Source: Hemiscyllium ocellatum (Eukaryota). From it: a DNA stretch of 64,000 nt. The stretch's first letter is position 1. Each line of letters begins with the position of its first letter. The translations under genes were made by a program, and so were the position numbers. Positions 39,831 through 51,772 of this stretch are shown here, piece after piece. Under the pieces are notes generated by a model, which did not search any database, was not told the DNA's origin, and worked only from the letters and a program-made list of their open reading frames with translations. The stretch lies in contig NC_083442.1 in NCBI RefSeq assembly GCF_020745735.1, positions 8,620,576 to 8,684,575 on the forward strand. Direction: 5' to 3'.

Positions 39831-40598
39831 ACATTATAGTTAAGTTTCACCTTTGCCAGCTGGAACAACATTAAAATTTGAGTATTGATGAAAATAAAGT
39901 TTTTTTTTAAATTTAAGTCTTTAAAGGATGGCCACTCAGGTGGTCAATGTAGAGTCTGTTCCCGCCACTGTTGGCAGTTTATTAGCAGTAGGTGGGTCCT
40001 CCACTGTGTGGGAGGCCTCCTCTTCCTCCTGCGTGAATTTCCTCCGGTTTCCTCCCACAGTCCAAAGATGTGCAGGTCAGGTGAATTGACCATGCTAAAT
40101 TGTCCGTAGTGTTAGGTAAGGGGTAAATGTAGGGTATGGGTGGGTTGTGCTTCGGCGGGTCGGTGTGGACTTGTTGGCTCGAAGGGCCTGTATGTAAGTA
40201 ATCTAATAACCATGAGAAACATAGACACACAGTAACACACAAATGGGCACGAATACATATAGCACAATGTGTACAGACATAACATACACGCATGAACACA
40301 CAGATACAAAATCCGAAAAATGTCCTCCCACATGTCGACTCACACAGGCACATAAGTGCACAAAGATAAACATTAATATCATTACTTTCCCATTTTCATA
40401 ATCACAAACATGTGAAAAACTGACTCCAATCTCCTTCTAGCTCTTCCTACTTCTGCCATACCTTTGATGTCCTTTGGGGCTTTGAACATAAATTAATCAA
40501 TTTACTGGTGAGGGCTAGTAGCTGAAAATAAAGATACCATGGATGACTTGTTGATGGGAAATAAAGAGGTACATTGTGTGGAAGGAAAATTCTGGATA

Positions 40599-43500
40599 GA
40601 GGAGAAAGTGAGGACTGCAGATGCTGGAGATGTCTTGCTGGAAAAGCGCAGCAGGTCTGGCAGCATCCAAGGAGCAGCAGAATCGACGTTTCCAGCATAA
40701 GCCCTTCTTCAGGAATGAGGAGGGTGTGCCAAGCAGGCTAAGATAAAAGGTAGGGAGGAGGGACTTGGGGGAGGGACGCTGGGAATACGATAGGTGGAAG
40801 GAGGTTAAGGTGAGGGTGATAGGCCAGAAGGGGAAGTGGGGGCGGAGAGGTTGGGAAGAAGATTGCAGGTCAAGAAGGTGGTGCTGAGTCTGAGGGTTGG
40901 GACTGAGATAAGGTGGGGGGAGGGGAAATGAGGAAGCTGGAGAAATCTGCATTCATCCCTTGTAGTTGAAGAGTTCCTTGGTGGAAGATGAGGCGCTCTT
41001 CCTCCAGGCGTCGTGTTGCTATGGTCTAGTGATGGAGGAGGCCAAGGACCTGCATGTCCTTGGCGGAGTGGGAGGGAGAGTTAAAGTGTTCAGCCACGAG
41101 GCGGTTGGATTGGTTGGTGTGGGTGTCCGAGAGGTGTTTTCTGAAACGTTCTGCAAGTAGGCGGCCGGTCTCCCCAATGTATAGGAGGCCACAGCGGATG
41201 CAGTAAATGATGTGTGTGGAGGTGCAGGTGAATTTGTGACGGATATGGGAGGATCCTTTGGGGCCTTGGAGGGAAGTGGGGGGGAGGTGTGGGCACAAGT
41301 TTTGCATTTCTTGCGGTTGCAGGGAAGGTGCAGGAGTGGAGTATGGGTTGGTGTGGGGTGGGAACCTGATGAGGGAGTCACGGAGGGAGTGGTCTTTCCG
41401 GAATGCTGATATGGGAGGGGAGGGAAATATATCCTTGGTGGTGGGGTCTGTTTGGAGGTGGCGGAAATAATGAAGTATATTGTATACGATGTATCTGGAG
41501 GTTGGTGGGATGGTAGGTGAGGACCAGTGGAGTTCTGTCTGGTGGCGACTGGAGGGAAATGGTTCAAGGGAGGAGGAGCAGGAAGTGGAGGAGATGCGGT
41601 GGAGGGCATCGTCAGCCATGTCTGAGGGGAAATTGCGGTCTTTAAAGAAGGAGGCCATCTGGGTTGTTCGGTATTGGAATTGGTCCTTCTGCAAGCAGAT
41701 CCAGCGTAGGCAAAGGAATTGGGAATATGGGATGGCATTTTTACAGCGAGCAGGATGGGAGGAGGTGTAATCTAGGTAGCTGTGGGAGTCGGTCGGTTTA
41801 TAGTAAATTACCGTGTTGAGTCAGTCGCCCGATATAGAAATGGAGAGGTCTAGGAAGGAGAGGGAGGAGTCTGAGATGGTCCAGGTAAATTTGAGGAAGT
41901 GGGAGGATCGGAAAGAGAAGTTGTTCAGAGTGAGGACCAGTTCAGTCAGTCGAAGGAAGGTGTCAGTGGAAGTGTACTAGTTGGTTTGGTGGGACAGGAA
42001 GAAACGGAGGGCTCTGAGGTCCTCGTGATGGGGGATGGAGGTGTATAGGGACTGGAAGTCCATGGTGAAGATAAGGCGTTGGGGGCCGGGGAAGCAATAA
42101 TCATGGAGGAGGTGGAGGGCGTGGGTGGTGTCCCGAACTTGGGTGGGGAGATTTTGGACTAAGGGGGACAGGACCATGTCGAGGTACGCAGAGATGAGTT
42201 CAGTGGGGCAGGAGCAGGCTGAGACAATGGGTTGGCCGGGGCAGTCGGGTTTGTGGATTTTGGGCAGGAGTTAGAAACGAGCAGTGCAAGTTTGGTGGTG
42301 GTGGATGGGAGATCCCCTGAGGTGATGAGGTTATGGATGGATTGGGAGATGGTGGTTTGGTGGTGGGATGTGGGGTCATGGTCATGGTCAAGGGGGCAGT
42401 AGGAGGAGGTGTGCGCGAGCTGGCATTTAGCCTCAGCAGTGTTAAGATCAGTGCGCAAACTACCACCGCACCTCCCTTGTCTGACGGTTTGATAGTGAGT
42501 TTGGGGTTGGAGCAGAGGGAGTGGAGGGCTGCAGGTTGCGAGGGTGAGAGGTTGGAGTTGGTGCAAGGGGTGGAGAGGTTGAGGCGGTTAATGTCGCGGC
42601 GGCAGTTGGCTATGAAGAGATCGAGGGCAGGTAAAAGGCCAGCACGGGGTGTCCAGGAGGATGGGGTGTGTTGGAGGCGGGAGAAGAGGTCGTCAGAGGG
42701 TGGGCGAGAATCCTGGTTGAAGAAGTAGGCGCAGAGTGAAGGCGGTGGAAGAATTGTTCGATGTCTTGCCGCGTGTTGAACTCGTTAATCCGAAAGCTTA
42801 GGGGGATGAAGATGAGGACTCTGCCGAGGACTGATCTTTCATCCTCAGAGAGGGGGAGGTCTGGAAGGATGGTGAAAATATGGCAAGGCTGGGAGCTAGG
42901 ATCTGGTGTGGGGCTGGAGCTGGGAGTGAGGGTGGGGTTTGGCGTGGGGGCGGAGATCGGCGCAGGGCGGGGTTAGGTGTGGGGGCAGAGATCATCATGG
43001 TGGCAGAGACGCATGTGGTGTGGTGGTTGTGCAGGTGAGTGATGTCACTGGGGGTGGAAGTGTCTGCAGCGACGGCAGAAACGGTGTTGTTCGTGGTGGT
43101 TGAGGACCCCGCAGAGAGTGCGAATCTGTCGGCGATGGTCTTCCTGGCGATCATGGAGGCGGTTGTCTGGTCGGCGATCGCGGAGGCTGCATGGTTGGTG
43201 GGGGCGGAAGGGACGTCATGGTGGCGGCGGTTACTGCAGCGACCGCATGGTTAATGGCGCCCGAGCCGTTCCAGAGGCTGATGGAAGATAATGGAACGGT
43301 TGAGGAATCCGGAGTGTGGGGGTAAGTACATGAAAGTTTTTGGTACTTACTGTCTTTAATTTCCGATATGGTTGGGAAGGACTGTTTGTTTAGTGTATGG
43401 ATTCTTCTGTGGATGAAGAAGAGTAGAGGTCCTTTGCAGGTCTGTGAGAGTGTTGTCCTGAGCTGGGGTAGGGCTGACTGCAGGGAATGTAGGTAGCGTC

Positions 43501-43870
43501 GCATGGCTGTAAGCATGGAGCGGAGGATCCGGAGGGAGGTCTGTTGTTGGAGGCTTTGGATTTGTTGCAGGTACTGGTTGTCCTGGTTGGGTCCAAATTT
43601 TGTTGGTCTGAACGTAGTCCGGAGTCCGTGCGGGGTCAGTCGGTTCCGTAGGCAGGTGCTGAGGAAAGAGATGTGGCTGTGGTAACAAGTCTGTTTGAGA
43701 ACATGGCTGAAGAGCTTCAGGGCACAGGAGATGACCTGCGGGAGCGGGGGTGGGGGTGGTGCAGTGAGAGAGAGACTCACTGAAATCCTTAAAGAGGGAG
43801 GAAGAGAGTTTCTTCAAGGAAGGCATCCTTGCAAGAGGATTCGCAGTAGGTTAAAATCAACTAGGAGAAA
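40599..43870 (-). mobile_element. Penelope-like element, 5'-complete, decayed, RT core deleted
   Basis: ORF start MPSLKKLSSS at 43826; N-terminal domain (YHSHISFLSTCLRNRL); PKIHK and LPTQVRDTT regions; C-terminal GIY-YIG (IIYCIRCGLLYIGETGR). About 215 nt containing YIDD are missing at about 41893. Confidence 0.88.
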
Positions 43871-43899
43871 GTGAGGATTGCAGATGCCAGTGATCAGGG

Positions 43900-46835
43900 T
43901 TGGCAACACGACGCCTGAAGGAAGAGCACCTCATCTTCTGCCAGGAACCCTCTAACCACAAGGGATGAATGCAGATTTCTCCAGCTTCCTCATTTCCCCT
44001 CCCCTACATTATCTCAGTCCCAACCCTTGGACTCAGCACCTCCTTCTTGATCTGCAATCTTCTTCCCGCCCTCTCATCCCCCACCCCCTCTCCGGCCTCT
44101 CACCCTCACCTTAACCTCCTTCCACCTAACGCATTCCCAAGGCCCCCCACTCCCCTATGTCCATCCTCCCTGCCTTTTATCTTAGCCTGCTTGGCACACC
44201 CTGAAGAAGGGCTTATGCCCGAAACATCGATTCTCCTGCTCCTTGGATGCTGCCTGACCTGCTGCGCTTTTCCAGCCACACACCTGCACAACGACCCTGC
44301 CTCCGTGCCGATCTCCGCCCCCACGCCACTCTCCGCCCCCCTGCGCTAGCTCCCAGCCCTGCCGTACTTTCACCATCCCTCCAGACCTCCCCCTCTCTGA
44401 GGGTGAAAGATCAGTTCTCGGCAGAGGCCTCACCTTCATCCCCCTATGCTCCCGGATTAACGAGTTCAACACACGGCGAGACATCAAACATATCTTCCGC
44501 CACCTGCGCCTCCGCGCCTACTTCTTCAACCAGGACTCTCGCCCACCCTCTGACGACCCCATCTCCTGCCTCCAACACACCCCATCCACCTGGACACCCC
44601 GTGCTGGCGTCTTACCCATCCTCGATCTCTTCATAGCCAACTGCCACATGACATTAACCGCCTCAACCTCTTCACCCCTTTCACCCACTCCAACCTCTCA
44701 CCGTCGCAATGTGCAGCCCTCCACTTCTTCCGCTCCAACCCCAACCTCACTATCAAACTGGCAGACAAGGGAGATGCGGTGGTAGTTTGGCGCACCGATC
44801 TTTACACCGCTGAAGCTAAATTTCAACTCACGGACACCTCCTCCTACTGCCTCGTTGACCATGACCCCACATCCCACCACCAAACCATCATCTCCCAGAC
44901 CATCCATAACCTCATCGCCTCAGGGGATCTCCCATCTACCGCCTCCAACCTCATAGTCCCACAACCCCGCACCGCCTGTTTCTACCTCCTGCCCAAAATC
45001 CACAAACCTGACTGCCCCGGCCGACCCATTGTCTCAGCCTGCCCCTGCCCCACCGAACTCATCTCTGCATACCTCGACACGGTGTTGTCCCCCTTAGTCC
45101 AAGAACTCCTCACCTACCTTCGGGACACCACCCACGCCCTCCAACTCCTCCATGATTTTTGCTTTCCCGGTCCCCAACGCCTTATCTTCACCATGGACAT
45201 CCAGTCCCTGTACACCTCCATCCCCATCACAAAGGACTCAAAGCCCTCCGCTTCTTCCTTTCCCACTGAACCACCAGTACGCTTCCACTGACACCCTCCT
45301 TCGACTAACTGAACTGGTTGTCACTTAGAACAACTTCTCTTTCCAAACCTCCCACTTCCTCCAAACCAAAGGAGTAGCCATGGGCACCCGCATGAGCCAC
45401 AGCTATGCCTGCCTCTTCGTAGGATGTATGAAACAGTCCATCTTCCGCAGGTACACTGGCACCACCCCTCACCTTTCCTCTGCTACATTGATGACTGTAT
45501 CGGCGCTACTTTGTGCTCCCATGAGGAGGCTGAACAGTTCATCCACTTTACTACTACCTTGCACCCTGACCTCAAATTTCCCTGGACCGTCTCAGACTCC
45601 TTCCTCCCCTTCCTAAACCTCTCCATTTCTATCTCGGGCAACCGAATCAACACGGACATTTACTATACATTGACCGACTCCCACAACTACCTAGATTACA
45701 TCTCCTCCCATCCTGCTCCCTGTAAAAATGCCATCCCGTATTCCCAATTCATTCGCCTCTGTCGCATCTGCTCCCAGGAGGACCAATTCCAATACCGAAC
45801 AACCCAGATGGCCTCCTTCTTCAAAGACCGCAATTTCCCCTCAGATGTGGTTGATGATGCTCTCCACCGCATCTCCTCCACTTCCCGCTCCTCCGCCCTT
45901 GAACCCTTTCCCTCCAGTCGCCACCAGACAGAACCCCACCACCCCACCAACCTCCAGATACATCACATCATCCTTCGTTATTTCCGCCACCTCCAAACAG
46001 ACCCACCACCAAGGATATATTTCCTCCCCTCCCCTATCAGCGTTCCGGAAAGACCATTCCCTCCTTGACTCCCTCGTCAGGTCCACACCCCCCACCAACC
46101 CAACGTCCACTCCCGGCATCTTCCCCTGCAACCGCAAGAAATGCAAAACTTGCACCCACACCTCCCCCCTCACTTCCCTCCAAGGCCCCAAGGGATCTTC
46201 CAATATCCATCACAAATTCACCTGCACCTCCACATACATCATTTACTGCATCCACTGCACCTGATGTGGCCTCCTCTACATTGGGAAGACAGGCCGCCTA
46301 CTTGCGGAGCATTTCAGAGAACACCTCTCGGACACCCGCACCAACCAACCCAAACACCCTGTGGCTGAACACTTTAACTCCCACTCCCACTTCGCCAAGG
46401 ACATACAAGTCCTTGGCCTCCTCCATCGCCGTACCATGGCAACACGACGTCTGGAGGAAGAGCACCTCATCTTCTGCCTAGGAACCCTCCAACCACAAGG
46501 GATGAATGCAGATTTCTCCAGCTTCCTCATTTCCCCTCCCCCCCACCTTATCTCAATCCCAACCGTCAGACTCAGCACCGCCTTCTTGACCTGCAATCTT
46601 CTTCCTGACCTCTCTGCCCCCAGCCCCTTTCTGGCCTATCACCCTCACCTTAACCTCCTTCCACTAATCACATTCCCAACGCCCCTCCCCTAAGTCCCTC
46701 CTCCCTAACTTTTATCTTAGCCTGCTTGGCACATCCTCCTCATTCCTGAAGAAGGGCTTACACCCGAAACGTCAATTCTCCTGCTCCTTGGATGCTGCCT
46801 GACCTGCTGCGATTTTCCAGCAACACATTTTTAAC
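43900..46835 (+). mobile_element. Penelope-like element, terminal repeat plus 5'-truncated body (RT and GIY-YIG)
   Basis: LLPKIHKP, MDIQSLYT, AMGTRM, YIDD, KNAIPYSQF, YCIHC...YIGKTGR; the same terminal repeat is at 43900-44280 and 46440-46835. Confidence 0.9.
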
Positions 46836-47962
46836 TTCTGGATATAAACAATAATTTTAAAAAAAATGAACTCCATTCTGTCTGCTCGGGTCTTGCCTAC
46901 ATCGCGTGCCTTCAGAGTACTTTATGCATTATTTTGATGAGTTCAAGTTCAGCTCACCTGCTGTTTGCACTTGTCAGCCATTCATTAATGGGTGTTTGCC
47001 GTTTCAGAATGTAGTTGCCTTATTGTGTACGTTCTCAGAGATCAGGATTTGGAGTCCTTGTTGTTTCAACCTGTGCTTTGGTCTATAATGCAAAATTACA
47101 GAAAAATAGCAATTTAAGGTAAAATCTTAGAATATTGGAAGAACAGTTAAGAGCTTCAATGTTCTCCTCTGCTGATAGTTTCCAGACTCTGTGAACAGTT
47201 GCTACGATTGGTTCTCAATTCCATTTTGCATCATATAGATCCCTATGGCTGAATATTTCAAGTACCCATGAGCTCTGCCTTGCCTGATTAACATCGACCT
47301 TTGATTTATTATTTTCGAGGGTTGCTATTCAGTAATATCCCTGCATCAGATAGATCTCAGTCGCATTTCCTGGGATTTGACAGGTGTGGTGTGTCAAATA
47401 GATCCCAGGAATTGTGCTCCATGAGATTTATGTGTGAGAAAAGCTCCAGTTCTGAGAATCCGCCCTTGGATTGTGCATGGGTTGTGTCTGACTACCTGAC
47501 TGAACGTTGACATTTTTCGCTGATGAATGATTCATTGGGCGCTTTAGGTGGCAATTTATGCATTACTGACCCAGGCTGTCCTGACATTGGGAGTACTTTT
47601 AGTTTAGACAGTGTAGAGTGAACTTTCAAACTCCGCTGCCTGCCTTTTACAGGCTTCTGGTGGAGCAAAGCTCCTCATTTGTATCATTATGTGACCTGAG
47701 GCCGTGACCCTTTGTGCATAAGAGGAAATTATCTCGAATCATTCTGCCTCTGGAGTGTTCCATCAGGCATATTGTCTGAAAGACGCATTAGTGGGCTGCA
47801 TGGTAGCGCAGCGTTAAACTAAATGACTGGATGAAACACAACCAAACAGAACAAGTGAGTTATTTGGCTGGGAAAGGAGTGGGATGCGGGAAAAAGTATT
47901 ATTACTGACTGGCCTTGAAGAAAGAATTAAGCAACTCAAGGTTAGTGCGTGTTCATTCGAGA

Positions 47963-47968
47963 TTTATT
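47963..47968 (-). terminator. Poly(A) signal of membrane IgM mRNA
   Basis: First canonical AATAAA I found on the minus strand downstream of the TM2 stop, about 370 nt away. Confidence 0.6.
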
Positions 47969-48336
47969 AACCATTTCAGAAAGCATTTTTATCCAAACAT
48001 TTGGTGTAAAAGCCAACAGAAGTAAATATAATGGCTGGATGCCACATTGAGACGAGAACATATGCGCTGTGAGCTGTGAATTTTATGTACATCTGTAACA
48101 GTCACAAGGAACAAATATAAACAAAACAAATGGGCTTCAAACAACTGGGAAGCTACAAATTCTTCCAACCACATCCATCTCAACGATAGCAAAGTAAAAA
48201 GGAAAATCCATCCATAATTGTCTCATTTACACACTGATAAACTGAAGTGATCTCATTGTTAGAGTCAGCAACAGGACAGACTGTAGATTGGGAAGTCAGA
48301 AGCAGATCAGGAAAATCAAAGGGGTCCACAACTCAT

Positions 48337-48345
48337 TCACTTAAC
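48337..48345 (-). CDS. IGHM: IgM transmembrane exon TM2 coding part (VK-stop, giving the KVK cytoplasmic tail)
   Basis: tctctcttttccag|GTT AAG TGA, 139 nt downstream of the TM1 donor. Confidence 0.88.
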   Translation of the reverse strand, partial: VK

Positions 48346-48484
48346 CTGGAAAAGAGAGATAAAGCAATGACACATTTGTTTATGATCGGGGGCATTCAGA
48401 TTTAATTGTTATTCAATGGCACACTTAGAGATTTCACAAAGCATATTGGGCTGCTTGGCATGTGAAAGATGTGATTACTCTCAC

Positions 48485-48612
48485 CTTCACCAGAGTGACG
48501 GCAGCACTGTAGAAAATACTCAGGAAGAACAAGGTGATGAACGTGGAAGCAGTTGTCCAGATGTTGCTGTTATCATCCTCATAGTCTTCAATCCAGGTGC
48601 GATCTATTGAAT
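48485..48612 (-). CDS. IGHM: IgM transmembrane exon TM1
   Basis: (D)SIDRTWIEDYEDDNSNIWTTASTFITLFFLSIFYSAAVTLVK, with an acidic spacer and the conserved antigen-receptor TM motif. Acceptor attcatag|AT, donor GTGAAG|gtgaga; in phase with the internal CH4 donor. Confidence 0.95.
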
Positions 48613-49294
48613 CTATGAATATAAAGCCGAGAGAATGCATTTAGATTGTTTATTGATCCAGATCGATCTATCTGCACCCAAGTCATGTAAATAGAGACCG
48701 TTAGATCTTCATAAAGCAGTCAGGTATTTCTCAAATGTGATTCTCTTATCTGTATCTATTAGTCCATTACTGACTCTCAGCAAGAAATTACAAATACTAA
48801 CTGCATGTTTTTTCTTCATTGTCCATGTGAGAACATTTTAAATTAGTTTTTTTCTTTATTTATTGGAGGATATTATTATTTGGCGAATGCTTATAACAAA
48901 TGATTATTTTAATTAAATCATTATATTTTAAATACAGGCTGTGACAGTTTAATTGAAAATTGTGGCCATCACTGACTAAAATTTCAAATGTGATTCTCAT
49001 CTTATGTATTGGTGACCAATTGCTTGGTAAATCATGAATATAAGTTACATCACAGTCAGAGCATTGCTTCATATTTTTGTTTGTAGGATCTGTATATTTA
49101 GGAATAAGTTTTTGTGCATGTGTCCCTTAATTTATTTGATCTACTGCTTGGTGTTTATAGTTTTCCTTTAATGTTTGTGCATGTGGTTATGAGTGTTTCT
49201 TATTTCACTCTTGCCCATGTTGGAGTCTGTGCATCAACAAACCTATTTGTGTGCTCATGTTTGTTGTATGTAAATTTTGGCCTTTTCACATTAT

Positions 49295-49450
49295 TGAAAA
49301 TGTGTTGCTGGAAAAGTGCAGGAGGTCAGGCAACATCCAAAGAGCAGGCGGGTCGACTCTCCTGCTCCTTGGATGCTGCCTGACCTGCTGCGCTTTTCCA
49401 GCAACACATTTTTGCTCTGATCTCCAGCATCTGCAATCCTCCCTTTCTCC
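49295..49450. mobile_element. Penelope-derived hairpin in the CH4-TM1 intron
   Basis: AAATGTGTTGCTGGAAAAGTGCAG...CTGCGCTTTTCCAGCAACACATTT inverted arms. Confidence 0.75.
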
Positions 49451-50123
49451 TTTTCACATTGTGTAAGCATCATCATGCTAATATTCCACTTCGTTGCTGC
49501 CTATGCTTATCTTGTAACGTCTTTGTGAGTGTTCACTTTTCATTAGTGCTATCTAAAATGTGTGTTTATGCGTCTATTTCACATCCTACCTGAACGAGAT
49601 TATTTTCATGTTTGTGCTTAATAAATGATAGCATGCAATATCATGTTTTGATGGATAATTATATTTATGTGATGAAGTCTGCTTGTGTGGCAATCTTTCC
49701 TAAACTATATCCTGATAAGCTTGTTTGTGTTATTGTGTGTGAATGCTTGCTGATGGTTGTGTCCATTATCCTTGTTTAATAAATGCCCCAGTATTTGTTG
49801 ATTTATGCACTTGTCTACATGTGAGACTCTGAATTTGTGTGTATGTGTGACCGTGAATACATGCTGATCGAAGTGGTTTAAAAATAAATAATTAAGCTGC
49901 CTCTATCATCGTATGTTTGTGATTATGAAAACGGGAGAATAATGATATTAATGTTTATCTTTGTGCACTTACGTGCCTGTGTGAGTCGACATGTGGGAGG
50001 ACATTTTTCGGATTTTATATCTGTGTGTTCATGCGTGTATGTTATGTCTGTACACATTGTGCTGTATGAATGAATATGTATTCGTGTCCATTTGTGTGTT
50101 ACTGTGTGTCTATGTTTCTCATG

Positions 50124-50392
50124 GTTATTAGATTACTTACAGTGTGGAAACAGGCCCTTCGGCCCAACAAGTCCACACCGACCCGCCGAAGCGCAACCCA
50201 CCCATACCCTACATTTACCCCTTACCTAACACTACGGGTAATTTAGCATGGCCAATTCACCTGACCCGCACGTCTTTGGGTCACGGGGAGAACGTGCAAA
50301 CTCCACACAGTCAGTCACCCGAGTCAGGAATTGAACCCGGGTCTCAGGCGCTGTGCGGCAGCAGTGCTAACCACTGTGCCACCGTGCCGCCC
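50124..50392 (-). mobile_element. V-SINE with an internal deletion (CH4-TM1 intron)
   Basis: Lacks about 45 nt of the core at about 50280. Confidence 0.85.
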
Positions 50393-51730
50393 ATACCCTT
50401 GTTCAGTTGCGCAAATGCTTTTCTTTTGGTGTATGTAAGTTTTTGTAAGAGCTTAGGTGAGTGCTGAAGTACCATTTGCATGTGTAGCTCTGTGCAAGTA
50501 TGTGTGTGTGATGTCTTATCTATGTGCACATTTGAGTGTGCACAAAAATATGTGTCTTCAGGTGAGAGCCTGTATATATGTGTCTTTACGTGTGTATTTG
50601 TGATCATCTCTCTGTATCTGTGTGCATTTCTGCTCTTATACCAGACTGCAATTTTTATTATTCTAATTTTATTGTTCTAATTTTAATGGATTGCCCACAA
50701 TTAGATCTGACCTTGGTGTTGTCGGAAACATTTCCCATCGTCGTGGAGAGATAAGCGTTTTATGAGCAACTCTTCTGTTGCAGTGATAGAATTTCTGTCT
50801 CTGAGACAAAAGGCCTGAGTTCAAATCCCCACTGCCCCAGAGATAACATTTCTGAATATGTTTATTAGAATATGTCGACTTATGCTCTATATCTGAAACA
50901 AAATGATATCAGATGTTCGAATATCAGAATTGATCCCATGTGCTCCAGGAAACTGTGACAAAACTATGGAATTCAAACCGGGACAATGCAAACACCAGTT
51001 TTGGATTATGGGAGTCAATGTTAATCATTTGTTAACAGGGCCAAGCTTGTCCAACATAAATCTTCAGACAGTACGCAAGAAGCTGACTGTTCCTGTTAGC
51101 AACTGGGTTACATTACCGAGGACATCTACCATGAAAACTTTGCACAGGGAGCAAGAGGACAGACCGTTCATTGTTCCCCTCCCCTCTTCCCTTTGCTCCA
51201 CAATAACTTCTCTGTCGATTCTCTTTGGTGTGAAAAAGAAGATACATTCTGTCAACTCATGCATTGGTGCAAGATCTCTGGCAGTTCCTCAGAAACAAAG
51301 GTTACATTCAAACTGCTCTGCCCTCCTTACGATTAGTATGTTCCAATCAAAACTAATTTTGAAAGTCTCTTAAATTTACATTTCCAATTGGGGCAATGTG
51401 GCAGTTTAAAACTGACGTGAATTTTGTCAGAATGTTCAATCGGGGGAATCAAGAACACCAAGTTCAAAACTCGTGCTCTACCCTTGACATAAAATGGACA
51501 TTGTTATAGTTCATCACAGAGGGATTTAGGATAGATAAGGTACTTGGCGGAATCCAAATGATACTCTATCTCTGACCCAGGGTGTATCTGAGCAGGGAAC
51601 AGTACCTACAGGACGCATGTCCTAGACCTGTTAATAATCCACTTTGACTCACATTCCATCTGTGTAGTTAAAGTGGGAAACAATTAATTCAGCAGTTGTG
51701 TATTTAATGCACAACTGGAGGAAAAAAATC

Positions 51731-51736
51731 TTTATT
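51731..51736 (-). terminator. Poly(A) signal of secreted IgM mRNA
   Basis: AATAAA on the minus strand about 37 nt after the secretory stop codon. Confidence 0.7.
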
Positions 51737-51772
51737 ACTTTGGTTGAATTATTAAATGCAACTTTGAGATTT

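Noticed and set aside
43740-43790. Apparent GT-AG mini-intron near the Penelope ORF start
   Set aside because: Splicing it would not restore the conserved frame; a frameshift in the C-run explains the break more simply.
41019-46481. Many long overlapping Pro/Ser-rich or Gly/Trp-rich ORFs
   Set aside because: Alternative and antisense frames of the C-rich Penelope sequence, not independent genes.
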